Positions 13,150 through 25,878 of a stretch of DNA of 64,000 bases are shown here, piece by piece. The DNA is from Rhizodiscina lignyota (taxonomy: Eukaryota): NCBI GenBank assembly GCA_010015805.1, contig ML978139.1, positions 310,001-374,000 of the forward strand. The letters are read 5' to 3'. The position numbers were made by a program, and so were the translations under genes. The notes under the pieces are model-generated. The model did not search any database. It saw nothing but the letters and a program-made list of their open reading frames with translations, and was not told the DNA's origin. Position 1 is the stretch's first letter. Each line of letters starts with the position of its first letter.

Positions 13150-13580
13150 TAACATGCGGCGCACTTGTGGCTTTGTAAAATACTGATTGGGCGTGGCTGC
13201 ACTATGGACACGAGCGTTGCCTTCTTGAACTGGGATACAGGAAGCCGTTTCTGAATGCACTCATCTCAAATTCACGACTTGTCCCATGCAGATTGACATT
13301 ACTCCGACTATGCTCTCCCTCCAACTTGCAACTTGCCATACACCATCTCCTTTTCACTTCCACCATCTTCACCTCGAACTCGCCGCAATGGTCTGGCCTT
13401 TTGTATGTTGTCTACTTCATCCATGGGGCGGCCTTTTGCCTGCGAGATGATTTGTTGAGATTGTATCCAATCAGGAGCCCCCGGAATCATCGCTGGATGA
13501 ATGCTTAAGCATTCCCAAGATCAGGCTGATGCCTTCTAAGCATGTCGCTGTGTCTTTAATCGGCTAGATCTGATGCTCGT

Positions 13581-13885
13581 TCAGGCAGTGAGCGCAGCCT
13601 GTGCCTTCGGCGCTGGTGGAGCAGGAGGTTCTTCTTCCTTTGGCAGGTCGCTCTGAAAATGGGCGATTAGCTTATGGCACAGAGGAAGATATCAATAACA
13701 CATACAGCTTCAAAGATGACCTTGATCATTAGACTGCAGCTTGGACATACGGCGACTTCTTCGCCATCGCGTAGGTCACCGAGAGAAATTTCGAAGCGAT
13801 CGCCGCAAGGACATGGATAGTGGTAGAGCTGCATTTTCTTGTCGAAAGTCATGTCCTCAATCTCGATTTCGTCGTAGTAAGACAT
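13581..13885 (-). CDS. DPH3: Diphthamide biosynthesis protein 3 (CSL zinc finger); one intron ~13653-13705
   Basis: [37 protein letters not shown]; second exon SDLPKEEEP...ALTA*. Confidence 0.95.
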
Positions 13886-14529
13886 TTCGAGAGAGTTTGT
13901 CTCAGCAGCTGTGTGCTTCGAGCAAAGAAGATATGAGTTTGCAAGAGTCAGATGGGACGAAAATTTGTGGCGTAAAGCCTGGACCCACCCAGAAAATCCG
14001 GGGTACGCTAAACTTGTTTAGGATGCCGCGACTCCTCTGATTCCTCTTTACATCTTCCTTGGCTTCTGGGAGGTCATATCCGTGTTTAATGCGGAGAACG
14101 TATTTCAGCACAACTTCTAATACACAGGCATTTCTTGCATGGTGGAAGCCTGAAGACAAAATCGCGCAAGCTCAGTTCGCTCGCCACGGAGCCAACCTCC
14201 TCCCCAAGACGACCATCATCTCGATCTACAGCAGTAGCGCTTCTAAGGATTCTACCCGCATTGGTCACTGACATAGCTGTGCGGCTCCTTGCAGCTTTCC
14301 CCATGTCCACAGGTAGGGTTTACTACCCCAGAAGCGAATTGATGGACAGCTCATCTGAAACTCATTCCTCCACACCACGCAGCCTTGGAGGAAACCCCGC
14401 TCGTAAGCCCTCGAAAGCATGAAATAGTCTCCGTAGGTTTCAAGGCTTTCTCTTCATCCAAATTTCTCTATTTCCCCCAACATCTTTCATCCAAGCTTTT
14501 GAGCCTACAGAGAGCATTTTCATCTCAAG

Positions 14530-15577
14530 ATGCCGTACACAAAGAGACAGATTGTGACGGTCCTCAGCATCATCGTACGCAAGAATCTCGTGCTACCACA
14601 ACTTTCACATGCAAATCCAGCTCACTGATCATAGTATCTTCTCGCTCTCACTGCTGTCGCTAGGTTCGTCAATATGTTTGATTCTCTTCAGTATTTTCAA
14701 CTGCTAATGGAACTACAGCTATGCTCTTCACTCGATTCGCTACTATTCTCTCCCAATTCCCACCGTCCTCTCGGCCCTCACTGTCGGCTTGCCCGCCATA
14801 GCAGGCCTCAGCATCGAAAGTATAACTGAGTTCCGGCGCCGACCACCCACCCTCGCCCTTACATCAAAGAGCCCCGGCGAGAGACAGAATTATGTCACTA
14901 TCACCGTCATCATACTCCTCATTCTTGAAACCGTGCTGGCAACTCTGTCTGGCACTTACCTTGCTCCGGCAGGCAGCCTTACCTGCCCATTGAACGACCA
15001 GTGGCAGAAGCTCTTCCATACAAAGAACGCAAGAGCGATCAAGCGAGTTCAAGATGCATTGAACTGCTGTGGTCTGCACAGCTTGATGGACAAGGCTTGG
15101 CCATTTCCGACAAAACATGTCTCACCAGACACTTGCTCGAAGAGATATGACAGGAGCAATACCTGCTTTGCAGGATGGAGGGCAGAGGAACAGAAGGCTG
15201 CTGGAATGATTCTGCTCGTCGTAGTACTGGTATTCATCTGGAAGGTAAATTGATATGCTTTCACTTCGCGATATTGAAACTGATATTTCTCCTCACAGAT
15301 CCTCATTGTTACCGATCCACTCGACCGCCCCTCCTGGATACATCGTGCCCTGCGCATTCCGACTCGGCAGAATGATGCGGAGCAGGGAGAGGATAGACGC
15401 CGAGCGCTGGAGTACCCTGAGGCACAGGAGCATTACATTGACGACCCTCCTGCTCAAGCTGGCGACCTCGTTAATGCAGTACCCAGACTCAGCAATCCGG
15501 AGAATCGAAACCCTACTATGAGCCCAACACTTTCTTCGAGAGTGCAGCCTTCGGGGTTGTTGAACCGTGACGAGTAG
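14530..15577 (+). CDS. Fungal tetraspanin (Tsp3-like), multi-exon
   Basis: Hydrophobic helices flank a loop with C...QWQKLF...IKRVQDALNCCG...AWPFP...C...C; start MPYTKRQIV; last exon after intron ~15244-15298 ends QPSGLLNRDE*. Confidence 0.8.
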
Positions 15578-16543
15578 TTCAGACATCAGTTGAGCAGGAG
15601 TTGGGGGCGCGGACCTTACGAATTATGAATTGTGGGAAATTTATAGGCGTCGGGGAGTAACATTGGGGAGAGTAATCACGAAATTTCAATCTTCGATTAT
15701 GTTTTTCTCCTTCCGCTCTTTTAAGTGACTGAGCTGACCGCGATTTCCAAATGATAAAGTGCCGGTTGGTCAGTTCGTGGTGGAGACCTTCTCAACGGTC
15801 ACAACTACCCAACGTTTTTCATCAATGCGTTGCCCTATATTTGGGTCCCCTCCCTCACTTAGCTTCCCTTCCCCCATGAACAGTTTGATCATTCAGTCTC
15901 GCATATTGAAGAAAGCATCAGCTACAATGACATCACTTGGCTTCTCTCCTGTAAATCGACGCCTCGCGCGACGGTGTATGGGGTTTTTGAGGAAAGCGAA
16001 GAGGGCGTGGTTGGGAGATCCCTACTGGCGGCCGAAGGAGATGTGAGGAGCGAGGAGCGAGTAGTGAGATCGGCGTTGCCCGAATCAGCAAGTATGTGGA
16101 CAGCTGTTCACAAACCCTTTTTTTCATTATCTCGTCTGTCTTGAACAGGCGGTTGACGAAGAAATGAGTTTGCAAACCTGGTCACTCCTGAGAGGGCGTC
16201 CTTTCTTTTAGATTCATAGCACGAGGATATTTACATGGAACCGGAGTGAGGAATCATGGACCAGTAACCGCCTACGTATCTGTTACTGCCGCACTGGCGA
16301 CTGGTGGGGAATAGCATTTAATCTACGGGACGAAGGCTTGTTTGCGAGTTGACCAGAAGGACGTTCTGTTACATCGCAAATGAAATTTAGCAACATTGCT
16401 AGTTGACTGGAGAATAGTTCTAGCACATCGCACTCCATCTCTAGCGACAGCGCGGAAGGATGGGTAGAGCATGCTGGGATGTCGCAATTTGCTTCAGGCA
16501 CAATAGTAGAAAGCGTGATAGAAGGCCAGAATCAGTTGATTTG

Positions 16544-16587
16544 ATGCTAGCTGACGGGATGTATTAACAGTTCCCGTCAGCTAGCAT
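16544..16587. repeat. Perfect 16-bp inverted repeat with a 12-nt loop
   Basis: ATGCTAGCTGACGGGA (16544-16559) is the reverse complement of TCCCGTCAGCTAGCAT (16572-16587). Confidence 0.9.
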
Positions 16588-16721
16588 ATATGGATATCCA
16601 ATGGCCCAAGTTCTGATTCATGTCCTGACAGCCTAATTTCGGCTAGTTCTAGCTCCTCTTCGACCCCATGCTCATCTTCGACTCCCTGCTCTCCAGTACC
16701 ATCTTCGTCCTGCCTTGGCTA

Positions 16722-18251
16722 TCACGACCTATCATGATAGAACAGTACTCCATCATCCTCATCAGCCACTCTCGCCGTGATAGGACACAACAGAAACCAG
16801 CACCTCCGTCCGGGCTCAGTGAATTGAGCACGCATCCTCGTGTTCCTCCATTTCATGTCCTTCTCACGCAGCACATTCCTGTCAATCAGCAGTCTGAGCG
16901 CAGGCTGAAGCCACAACACCTTCAAAGACGGTATGCCGATCTTCGCGTAAGGTACCTTGTCGAGCTGAGCTATGATGTCAGATGGGAGCATGAGGCCCAT
17001 CCAAGCCGCTTTCCAATCCTTATTAGAAGGCGTAAGGCTATGGAGGAAACGATGCAGAGCCTGCTTCCGAGCGGTAAGAGTCGAATGCGACACAATCTTC
17101 AAGGTATGGTGGAATCCTCCGATGAGTAGGAGAGTAGCGATGTCCATTGAGGAGACATAGGATGAGTTCCGCGCGTGGAAGGGACCACGAGATTCCGAGT
17201 TGATGCGGACGAGTGACCAATCTAAGTCATCCAGCAAGCTAGCAAACTCAGAGAAGCCCCGTGCCAGCTGACGCGAACTGGTCAATTCCAGAATGGAAGA
17301 CTGATCCTGCCAGTCTGTCGTTCCTAGCACGAAAGCGAAGTTGCTCTTGTTGTTTCCAGAACAGTTGACGCGTGTCAATGCTCGGCGGAGAATGATGTCG
17401 CGATATGTCTCCAGAAAGTGATTGAGGCTAAACAAGTCCGAAGCTATGACCCTGAGGGCTGTCCACCATCCACATTTGCAGTCCTTGCCATCTTTTGTAC
17501 TCGGTGTAAAGACTCCTTTGAGTTCATGGCCGCAAGGCCACTCCGGTAGGAGAAGGCGCGCCGCGAGCTTCAACGAAACGGCATAGCGGTGGTAATAGTC
17601 GAGTAGGTAGCGCAGTGTGCGTTCTGATGACGCAGGAAGAGGATATAGTGATGTTCGCCATGGCGACGTACGCTGCACATGCAGGCGAATGTACGCTGGT
17701 TCGCAGGATTGGACGACTCCAAAGAGGGAACGAGAGGTAATGCGAAGGTTCAGAACTGAGAACAGATCAAGATAGCCGAGAATCTGCACATGGAGTTCCT
17801 CTGGAAGAAGGAGGAAGAGCTCCTGGAAGCTGGGGTTCTGTTAGCATACGTTTGCCATTGGCATCTAGAAATAGGTCTGAGAAGCTGGGTTGACTGGGGA
17901 TATGTGAAGACTGAGAGATGACGACTACGAACCTTCTCTGCTTATCCTCCTCTGCCTTTCCTTCTCTGGAGTTCAATGGAGCAGCAACTCTCTTGAAAAG
18001 TGCAGACATTGACCTCCCCAGTCCGGGAAGTCTCTGCTGGACACTCTCGCTGCTGCTCGTACGCGATCCTTTCTGCTTCATCGTTCCACACGAGCTTGAT
18101 GGTCTAGAATCGGTAATCTCGAAGTCTCCTGGCGCGTTTTCTATGCCGCGAAGTCGCCATTTTCAACTTACGGAGCGGACCATCCAGTCAGTGATGAGGG
18201 GTTAAACGAGGAGGGTCCATCGCGACGCGTGGGATTTAAAATCGATAGCAT
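16722..18251 (-). CDS. F-box domain protein; introns ~17831-17932 and ~18105-18171; start uncertain
   Basis: The spliced frame gives FQELFLLLPEELHVQILGYLDLFSVLNLRITSRSL (F-box). The upstream exons join in frame through GTTCGT/CAG and GTAAGT/TAG sites. Confidence 0.8.
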
Positions 18252-18818
18252 TTGGAGAACCATCGACACCGACAATGCAGTTCCCCGACTCGCCGCTGGC
18301 GTCGAATTGGCTGGGGGAACCATGGTGCATGAAGCACAGGTGATTGCGGAGTTGACGCCGCTTGCAAGTGATCCAATTGGTAATGTCTCATCCAATGGGA
18401 TGTTCCGCAGAAGATTTCGAAAATCCCAAGGGCTAAGGAGGCAGCCAAGCGCCGCACCGGAAGAATGATAATCCGAAAATTGTTTTCGGGGTCTCAGGGG
18501 ACGTCGACGTCGACCTACGTCACAGCATGACTTCCATTTGCGATAACCTGGATGATCTGCACGCGCGCTCCAGACACGGCGTCCGCGGAGCCTCATCAGG
18601 GTCTGTGGCAGGATTTCTGTCGTCAGAAACTTGGACAAACTTGGTGACGATCGGAGATGACGACCTTGCCTCTAACGTCAAAGGCAGCGTGGCTGTGGGA
18701 AAATTAGGTATAAGTATAAGCATAGAGTCGCCATTGCTTCTTCTCCAGTTCAAATCTAAAATCATACATCCTCCTGTCTACTCATCAACCTACCAAAGCA
18801 AATCATATTCCATCTATA

Positions 18819-19030
18819 ATGGATTCTCAGCAGTCAATGGATTACTCCAACCAGTCAATGGATTCACAGCAGCCAATGGACTCTCAGCAGTCAATGGATC
18901 CTCAGCAGCAGCAGATGGGCGGCCAGATGGGCGGCCAGATGGGCGGCCAGATGGGCGGTTCGCAGATGGGCGGTTCGCAGATGGGCGGTTCGCAGATGGG
19001 CGGTTCGCAGATGGGCGGTTCGCAGATGGG
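18819..19030 (+). repeat. Coding minisatellites: ~18-nt ATGGATTCTCAGCAGTCA-type units, then 12-nt CAGATGGGCGGC and 15-nt CAGATGGGCGGTTCG units
   Basis: Tandem repeats directly visible. Confidence 0.92.
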
Positions 19031-19406
19031 GGGTTCCACTGGCGCTCCCAAGGAGGACTACCTCGACAAGGGTATGCCATCCTCACTCCACAACCCATTC
19101 CTGCGTTAGACTGACATACATTTCAGGCCTCGATACCGCTGAGAAGAAATTTGGCGGCCAGTATGGCATGGGCGACCCTCAGAAGATGCGCAGCACCAAC
19201 GAGAAGATTGTAAGTGGCTTCATAATACCTGAAGTCGAGATCACGCCGGCCACGCCTCCTGTTTAAGGTCCGCCCTGCCTTGGACCGACGTTTTTCTACA
19301 TTCTGAAGTCGTGAGCTAACGATTGAGTGTTGGATAGACCGACGGTGCACGCGGCATGTTCGAGAAGATGACTGGCAAGAACGTCCCGGACAAGGTTTCC
19401 AACTAG
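18819..19406 (+). CDS. Small hydrophilic Gln/Gly/Met-rich protein; introns ~19072-19126 and 19209-19336
   Basis: MDSQQS and GGSQM repeats, then spliced KEDYLDK|GLDTAEKKFGGQYGMGDPQKMRSTNEKI|TDGARGMFEKMTGKNVPDKVSN*. Confidence 0.85.
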
Positions 19407-19531
19407 ATTACGCTCTCACGAGGTTATGAACACAAATGCATGAAGGCGTTGTATGACAGGGGTTTCGGGATATATGGAAGGACTTGGCATGTATAATAGC
19501 TGCCACAATTAGCGCTCGTCGCACCCCTTCC

Positions 19532-20165
19532 TTAATTGAAGCTCTGCAGAGCATTCTCCAGCGTCTCTTCCAAACTTGTCGGTCCTAATCCCAATATCTC
19601 AAATGTCCAAACCGATATTCGTGAATCTGGCACGTCCCCCCACCTCGGTCGACATACAAGTCTCAATAAGCTTCAGCGTTCCCAATGGATCGCCCTCCGC
19701 AATTTTCTCCCGCCCCAACGCAATAACAACCTCACTGTTCACCTTCTCTCGCACCCGCTTTTCGCCGGACAGCTTCTCTACCAAATCGAACATTTCGATA
19801 TACGACGTTGCAAAGTCGTGGACAAACAAGCTATGGTTAGTGGTCTTGTCGGATTAACCAAGCTCGAGCGACGTAAAGCGAGCGCACTATGCTCCAAAGA
19901 AGTGCACGACAACTTGCCGGCACCCAGCATCCCACAAGGTAAGCTTCTTCTCCGCGACGTTGAAGCCGACAAAGTTCTGCTGCATGCACCTGCTCTCACA
20001 ATCATCTGAGTACATTCACGTTCAATCTCATCTATTATCCTAGGCGTACCAGTTGAGCCACATCCCACAATTAATAGCATGCCAACTGAACTTCCCATCT
20101 CCCACTCCTTCCTTCGTCTTTCAAATAGTCTCTCACAGTCCCCTTATCCCTAAACACCGGACCCA
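19532..20165 (-). pseudogene. Degenerate, 5'-truncated NmrA/isoflavone-reductase-like gene
   Basis: Pieces in different frames: PVFRDKGTVRDYLK, DGKFSWHAINCGMWLNW|CMQQNFVGFNVAEKKLTLWDAG, GKLSCTSLEHSALALRR, LFVHDFATSYIEMFDLVEKLSGEK, LGPTSLEETLENALQSFN*; several frameshifts. Confidence 0.75.
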
Positions 20166-20229
20166 TCTTCCGTTGTATCACTAGACCGCGAGCACCTCTG
20201 AAAACTCAGTTTTACGCTCATTGGACGAG

Positions 20230-21350
20230 CAGAGTAATATCATACGGTTCAGAAACTTGTACACTTTGTTTATTAACTTATAGGCGCTATTCCTCATAAT
20301 TGTTCAGTGTCTCAAAAGTCGCGGCAAACCATTCTGTGAGCCAGCTTTGTCTCCGGCTACCGGACAAGATGTAACCGGTATTGGTGAGCAGCTATTGCGC
20401 CTCAAAAGCGAAGCTGTCGCTGAAAGGCCAGTTCCACGTTCATTGAAGTGGATAGAACAAAAGCATCCCAATAAGATGTAACGCGTAAAGGTAAGTAATT
20501 ATTACACCTCCAGATAAGTGAGACTATCTCTGAAAGCTTAGTCGTACGTTCTTTAGAGTATTCTAAGTGACAGTGGACCTTCGAAAAAGTTGTAAGCTTG
20601 GTATATTACAGGCGCTATATCTTACAACCGTTCGGTGCCTTGAAAGCTGCGCCAAAAATTTTGTCCTCAAGGGAAGTCAACTTCGTGATGTGGAGTTTGC
20701 TGTTGAGTAAACCACCATTGCGCAAGGTGGTTCCACTGGTCGCCGGATAAAATGTAACGCATGAAATTGATGCTGTTGCACTTCAAGGTAATCAAGCCTA
20801 TCTCTGAAATCATAGTTCTGCATTATGAAGATGGCTTATAACAGCAATGGACCTTTGGAAAACTTGTACGCTTTGTTTCTTGCAGGCGCTGTGCCTTATA
20901 ACTGTTCGGTGCCTTGAAAGCTACCGCAAGTCTCTGTCTAGGGGAACTTGTGAGGCGTAGTTTGGTGTTGACTGTTGAGTAACCACCATGGTGCACGGCC
21001 ATTGCATAAGATATAACGCGTAAAGGTAAGCAGCTATTACTCTTCAAGGCGATCGATATTACCTCTGAACGTCTGGTCATATGTTCTTTGGAGTGTATAC
21101 GCTGATTGTGACTTCGTTACAGCAGTTGTATGCTTTGTTTATCGTCGGGGCCACATCTTCCAACTGTACAGCGTCTTGAATGCTGCGCGCAACAATTGTG
21201 TAGCCTTAGAGGCGGCTTTGTGTCCATACAGGCCAAATGGCACTATACATGATAAGCACGCAGCTCTGCGGTCTTGGGAGTAAAGTCTTAACCTGGCGGA
21301 ATTCGGGATGCGGAGCTCGATGTTGAGTGAACTACCATCGCACAAGATCG
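20230..21350. repeat. Degenerate tandem repeat, about four units of ~270-330 bp
   Basis: Collinear blocks recur: (A)ACTTGTACRCTTTGTTT...AGGCGCT...ACTGTTCGGTGCCTTGAAAGCT-like (~20251, 20583, 20857, 21122); AAGATRTAACGCGTAAAGGTAAG...TATCTCTGAA-like (~20473, 20748, 21007); TGTTGAGTAA(A)CCACCAT-like (~20701, 20973, 21321). Confidence 0.8.
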
Positions 21351-21958
21351 GATCGACGATTCAGCAGCAGGAGCAAGCATAGTGCGGACCAATATAGTTA
21401 CTTACTCGGGTACGCTAGATGTAGCTTCACTCTGTTAGCGTATCGAGAGTTTTTGGAAGCTACTTTAGATACATGAGAACTTCTGCATGGTGGATTGAGC
21501 CATGGTCAGCTTGCTACAAGGAATTCCGATGCCATTGGCCGTGTGAAGTGAAAAGCTGAACGCATACTCTATAAAAGCTCCTTTAAAGACTTAATCTATA
21601 TGGAGGACCTAGTTGTGGGTTAGTAGGCAGAATGTTGGCATCGCATTGTTTCACTTCGATCACGGCGAGATTGTTTTACATAAGCTAGTAGAGTCACAAT
21701 GCACAACTTATTTAGAGTAGAGTCAGGTTAATGAAAATCATTGATTTTATTGATGTCAACACGTATCTAAAGGCCAATAGGCCGTGTGATGTTGACCGCT
21801 GAATGACAACTATGTACAGAATCTCCTCCGAGAGGAGACCCATCCAAAGGAGCCATTAGCCAAAAAGAAAAGCAGATGCTGTGCATGAAGTGAAAGAGTG
21901 AAGTGGTGGCTTAAAAGCAGCACCAGAGTGAAGTGTGCTGAGCACGATGATGAGTCAC

Positions 21959-22680
21959 TTAAGCGAACGCAAAAGCGAGCAGGTTGGTGGTCATGAGGCC
22001 CACACCGACAACGATGAGTGAGGCGTACATGTCACAGGCCACACAACCGGCAGCAGCGCTGGTTGGAGTGAACGTGCGAGTAGTAGTAGAGTGAGTGCCG
22101 GTGGTAGTTGTCTTGCTGCCCGTGGTGACGCTGGTGACAGAGTGAGCCTTGGAGGAGACCATGGTGTGGTTGCCGGTGATCGAAGCGACGACAGAGTTGA
22201 TACCGTAGGTGATCTCAGAAGAGACAGAAGCGACCTCGGAGCTGACGGAGGAGATCATAGAGCTGACCGAAGCCATCGGAGCGGGAGCAGTTGGAGTGCC
22301 AACGGGAACGGGGGTGACCTCGATGGTGGTGGCAGCAGTGACTGGAGTGGTTGGATAGGTAGCCACGAGAGGAGCGGAGGACGTGCACCAGTCGGGAATG
22401 GTGGTCGAAGTGACGGCAGTAGTCACTGTCACGGTGAAGGACACGGTGACAGCATTGGCTGAAAGCAACCTGGAGTTTAGCATCGACTGTATAATTCAAA
22501 GAGGATGGGCGTGTTTGATGAATCTTACCGGCACCGCCATACGCTTCCGGAGTCACTGGAAGCAGAAGTGTTAGCGAAGTTCATGATGATGAGGCATGAA
22601 ACATGATGCTTACTGGCAACAGCAAAGCGCGCAGAGCCGATGACAGAGGCCAGAAGACCCAGAGACAAGAGAGAACGCAT
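21959..22680 (-). CDS. Secreted Ser/Thr-rich, probably GPI-anchored cell-wall protein; two short 5' introns
   Basis: Signal peptide MRSLLSLGLLASVIGSARFAVA, Thr/Ser-rich body, hydrophobic C-terminus after SAAAG. Confidence 0.8.
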
Positions 22681-23578
22681 CTTGTAGATGTTGATTGAAG
22701 AAGTGTTGTAAGTGAAGTGTTGTATGGAAGCAAGTGAAGTATTTGCGGTAAGCTGTTGAGGGAACAAGTCAGCAAGTCAAATATTGATCAAAAAAGATGG
22801 GGGAAGGGTATCACGGACCTTGCTCGCGAAGGTTGAATTGATGCGCGGTGGAGAAGGAAAGAGAAGAAGAGGAAGAGAGAAATGGTTGTATTTATACCTC
22901 GAAAACGCGCTAGTGGCGAGTTGTTGATGAGCTCTGTGAATGAGGTGGCATAGAGCAACACTCCGAAACCGGGAGCTTCAGGAAAGTGTATTCGAATCGA
23001 CGCTAGCAGTAGCTACACATCAGGTTCTAGCCAATTTAATTGCACGATCAGGAACGCGCTGCCCAATGTCGAGTCCACGGAAATTGCCTTCGGGCAGCGA
23101 ACGACTCTTGGTGTTCACTGGTGCTAGGGACGACTATCTCGACGTCCAACTCCACCTCTACGACGCGTCGACGTTGGACGCGTTCCATGAGTGACATTCA
23201 GCTTCCCATGCTCTTCCGCGGCCAAAGGGCGAGGCGATTTGGTAGATACATGGCAGTAGATTCAATGTGTGATGTAGTACGTTCCGCGGCTCCTTCTCAG
23301 AGGCCGATGTAGTCATATCGTGCCTTCCTCGTTCGACGTCAATTGCTCAACCGCAGAGCGTGGTGCCTTCTCTGTTCGCACAGATGGCGTGTCATACGTC
23401 TCCGTCCTCAAAAAGCCGTACTCGCCCTCCTCCCATCTCTTCAACTGCATCCAACTTCTGACAATCGCTGGCAGGCGTTTGCTATCTCATTCAACCTATC
23501 GTCAGCATTTGCCTCCTTCAGTGCCCTGAGCATCGTCTTTCGTTTGAGAGTCACTTTGCAGTCCGTTTCTTCGCCGCC

Positions 23579-25878
23579 ATGAAGTTGCTGGGGCTCGCTG
23601 CGGCGGCTGCAGTGACATTGCCGTCGCTGGCTGCAGCTAAATACGCCCACGAGGCAAAGGCTGTTGCTCCTCGAGCATGGTGTACGTCAACCAATCTTCA
23701 TTCTCTTGATAGGCAGCTCACATACCAGCAGACCCAAAGTACAATACAACCACGCCAAGCTTGACCTCTTCGAGCACTGAAGAATCGGCGACGCCGACCG
23801 CCTCGCTCTGCACAACCACCGTCCCGGTTGTCGAGTACATTCCCGCCATCTCAACATCGACTGTCTACTCAACTTCCGAAGTGACAATCACAAGCTGCGG
23901 CCCAGAGGTCTACTCCTGTCCGGCACACTCCACGGCGATTGTCACTTCATACGTGGCAGTTTCGACGACAATCTGTCCCCTGACGTTGACAAGCTCTTAC
24001 TCCACTGTGATCACAACCATCACGGTTCCGGCCCATTCCCCTTCGACCATATACAAGACACACTCGGTCACGGTCACGTTGTCTCAGAGCCTCCCGCCGG
24101 TCTACGTGCCACCATATGGAAAGCCAGGCTCTTCAGCACCTCCAGTGTATTCGAAGCCAGGCAGCCTCTCAGGCTCTTCCTCGTCTCCGCCGTTGTACTA
24201 CACATCGGAGAGCTTTTCCACGCCGACGCATTTGTATTACTCGCTGAAGAGCAAATCCAGTTCGACTCCATCTCCGCATTGGTACGGGTACGGAAGTGTC
24301 TCAAGCCAATCCAGTTCAACTTCTCCACCAGTGTACTACGCACCAAAGAGTGAGTCCAGCTCTTCCTCGTCGCCTCCGGTATATTACACGCCGAAGAGCA
24401 AGTCCAGCTCGACTTCGCCTCCATGGTACTACTTCTCGAGTCCGTCGAGTAAGTCCAGCTGGTCTTCGTCCCCACCAGAGTACTCAACTCCAAGCTCAAG
24501 CTCGCCTTCGGCCTACCATGAACACAGCTCTTCCTCTCTTCCAGTGTACACGCAATGGAAAACGGCAAGCTCGAAGACTTGGGAGCGTTCAGAGTCCAAG
24601 CCACCTCCATACACGGCGCCGCCTTACGGATCTGTGCCGCCTTATGGATCTGCGCCGAAGCCGTCGAGCTCAACTCCAACATGGCATGTCTATTCCTCAA
24701 GCATAACCTGGACACTGCCTCCTTGGGTCCCACCATCAAAGGAAACGACTTGGACAACAGCAACAATCACGGTGCCTTGTCCCGTATGCCACGAGTCGAC
24801 GACAACAACCTGCGTAACTGTGCCAGTTATTCCACCGCCTCCAACTTCTTGGTATGAGTCGCCGCCTCCATCATCCTCTTCAACCCCGGCACCACCTCCA
24901 CCACCGCCTGTCTCGGTGCCTTCATACGTCTGGATAAGCCCTCCTGTTTCGCTATCGTCCTGGAGTTCGTCAACGCCTGTGCCACCACCACACTCTCCAT
25001 CTCCGTACTCTCCTCCATACATTTGTATCACTCTCACTCCGACAACCACACCACCGGCTCCGTACTGGACACCCACAAGCTCTTCAACATCTCTGCCTGG
25101 GCATCCTCCACCGCCAGCGACTTACTCCAAGCCACCGGTCAGTCCACCACCATACGTTTCTCCTCCATCGTCACCAAGCAGCACGCCAAAGTATGGCCAG
25201 CCACCTTCAAGCACGTCAACATACGGCGCACCACCTTCAAGCGCTCCGTCAACATATGGACCTCCTCCAGCGTCGCCGCCTTCAAGCAAGCCACAAACGT
25301 ATGGACCCACCACAGCATCACCTCCTGTTCGCACGCCGTCAACATATGGATCACCGGCTTCCAGCACTCTGCCAGCATACGGAACGCCAGCTTCCAGCAG
25401 CCCGCAGACATACGCACCTCCGGCATCGCCTCCTGTAAGCAGCACCCCAACATACGGACAGCCTCCAGCAACTCCATCTGTCTACACACCTCCAGCGGTT
25501 CCAAGCGAATCGAAGATAACGGTTACGGTGATCCCGAGTCCTGTGCCCTCATCTTATTCTGTTTCCGGTGTACCGCCAGGCTATGGGGTATCAATCATTG
25601 TGCCAAGCTCAACGACCATCGTCATTCCACCATACACGACACCAAGCTCGCCCGAGAAGACGAAGTCTCTTGCTCCTCCAGCATACACTCCGCCGTATGC
25701 ACCACCTGCAAGCAGCACACCAGGCGCTCCGACTACACCAGCTGGCCCAGCGCACCCTGGAAACGTCACCGTTCCAACATCGCCATACACAAGCCTTTAC
25801 ATGAGCAAGGCTTCACTGTCATTTGGCACTGCTTCCACGGTGCTCATTGCGGCCATGGCCTTTGTGCTCTTCTACTAA
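23579..25878 (+). CDS. Secreted Pro/Ser/Thr/Tyr-rich (extensin-like), probably GPI-anchored protein; intron ~23681-23729
   Basis: Signal MKLLGLAAAAAVTLPSLAAA, STVYSTSEVTITSCGPEVYSCPAHST wall-protein motif, SPPVY and STYG repeats, hydrophobic tail LIAAMAFVLFY. Confidence 0.88.

Noticed and set aside
18527..19114. ORFs with DGRFA / SANRP repeats
   Set aside because: Alternative-frame and antisense shadows of the GGSQM coding repeat
19599..19829. ORF first considered a Cgi121-like gene
   Set aside because: The flanking frames fit an NmrA-like pseudogene much better
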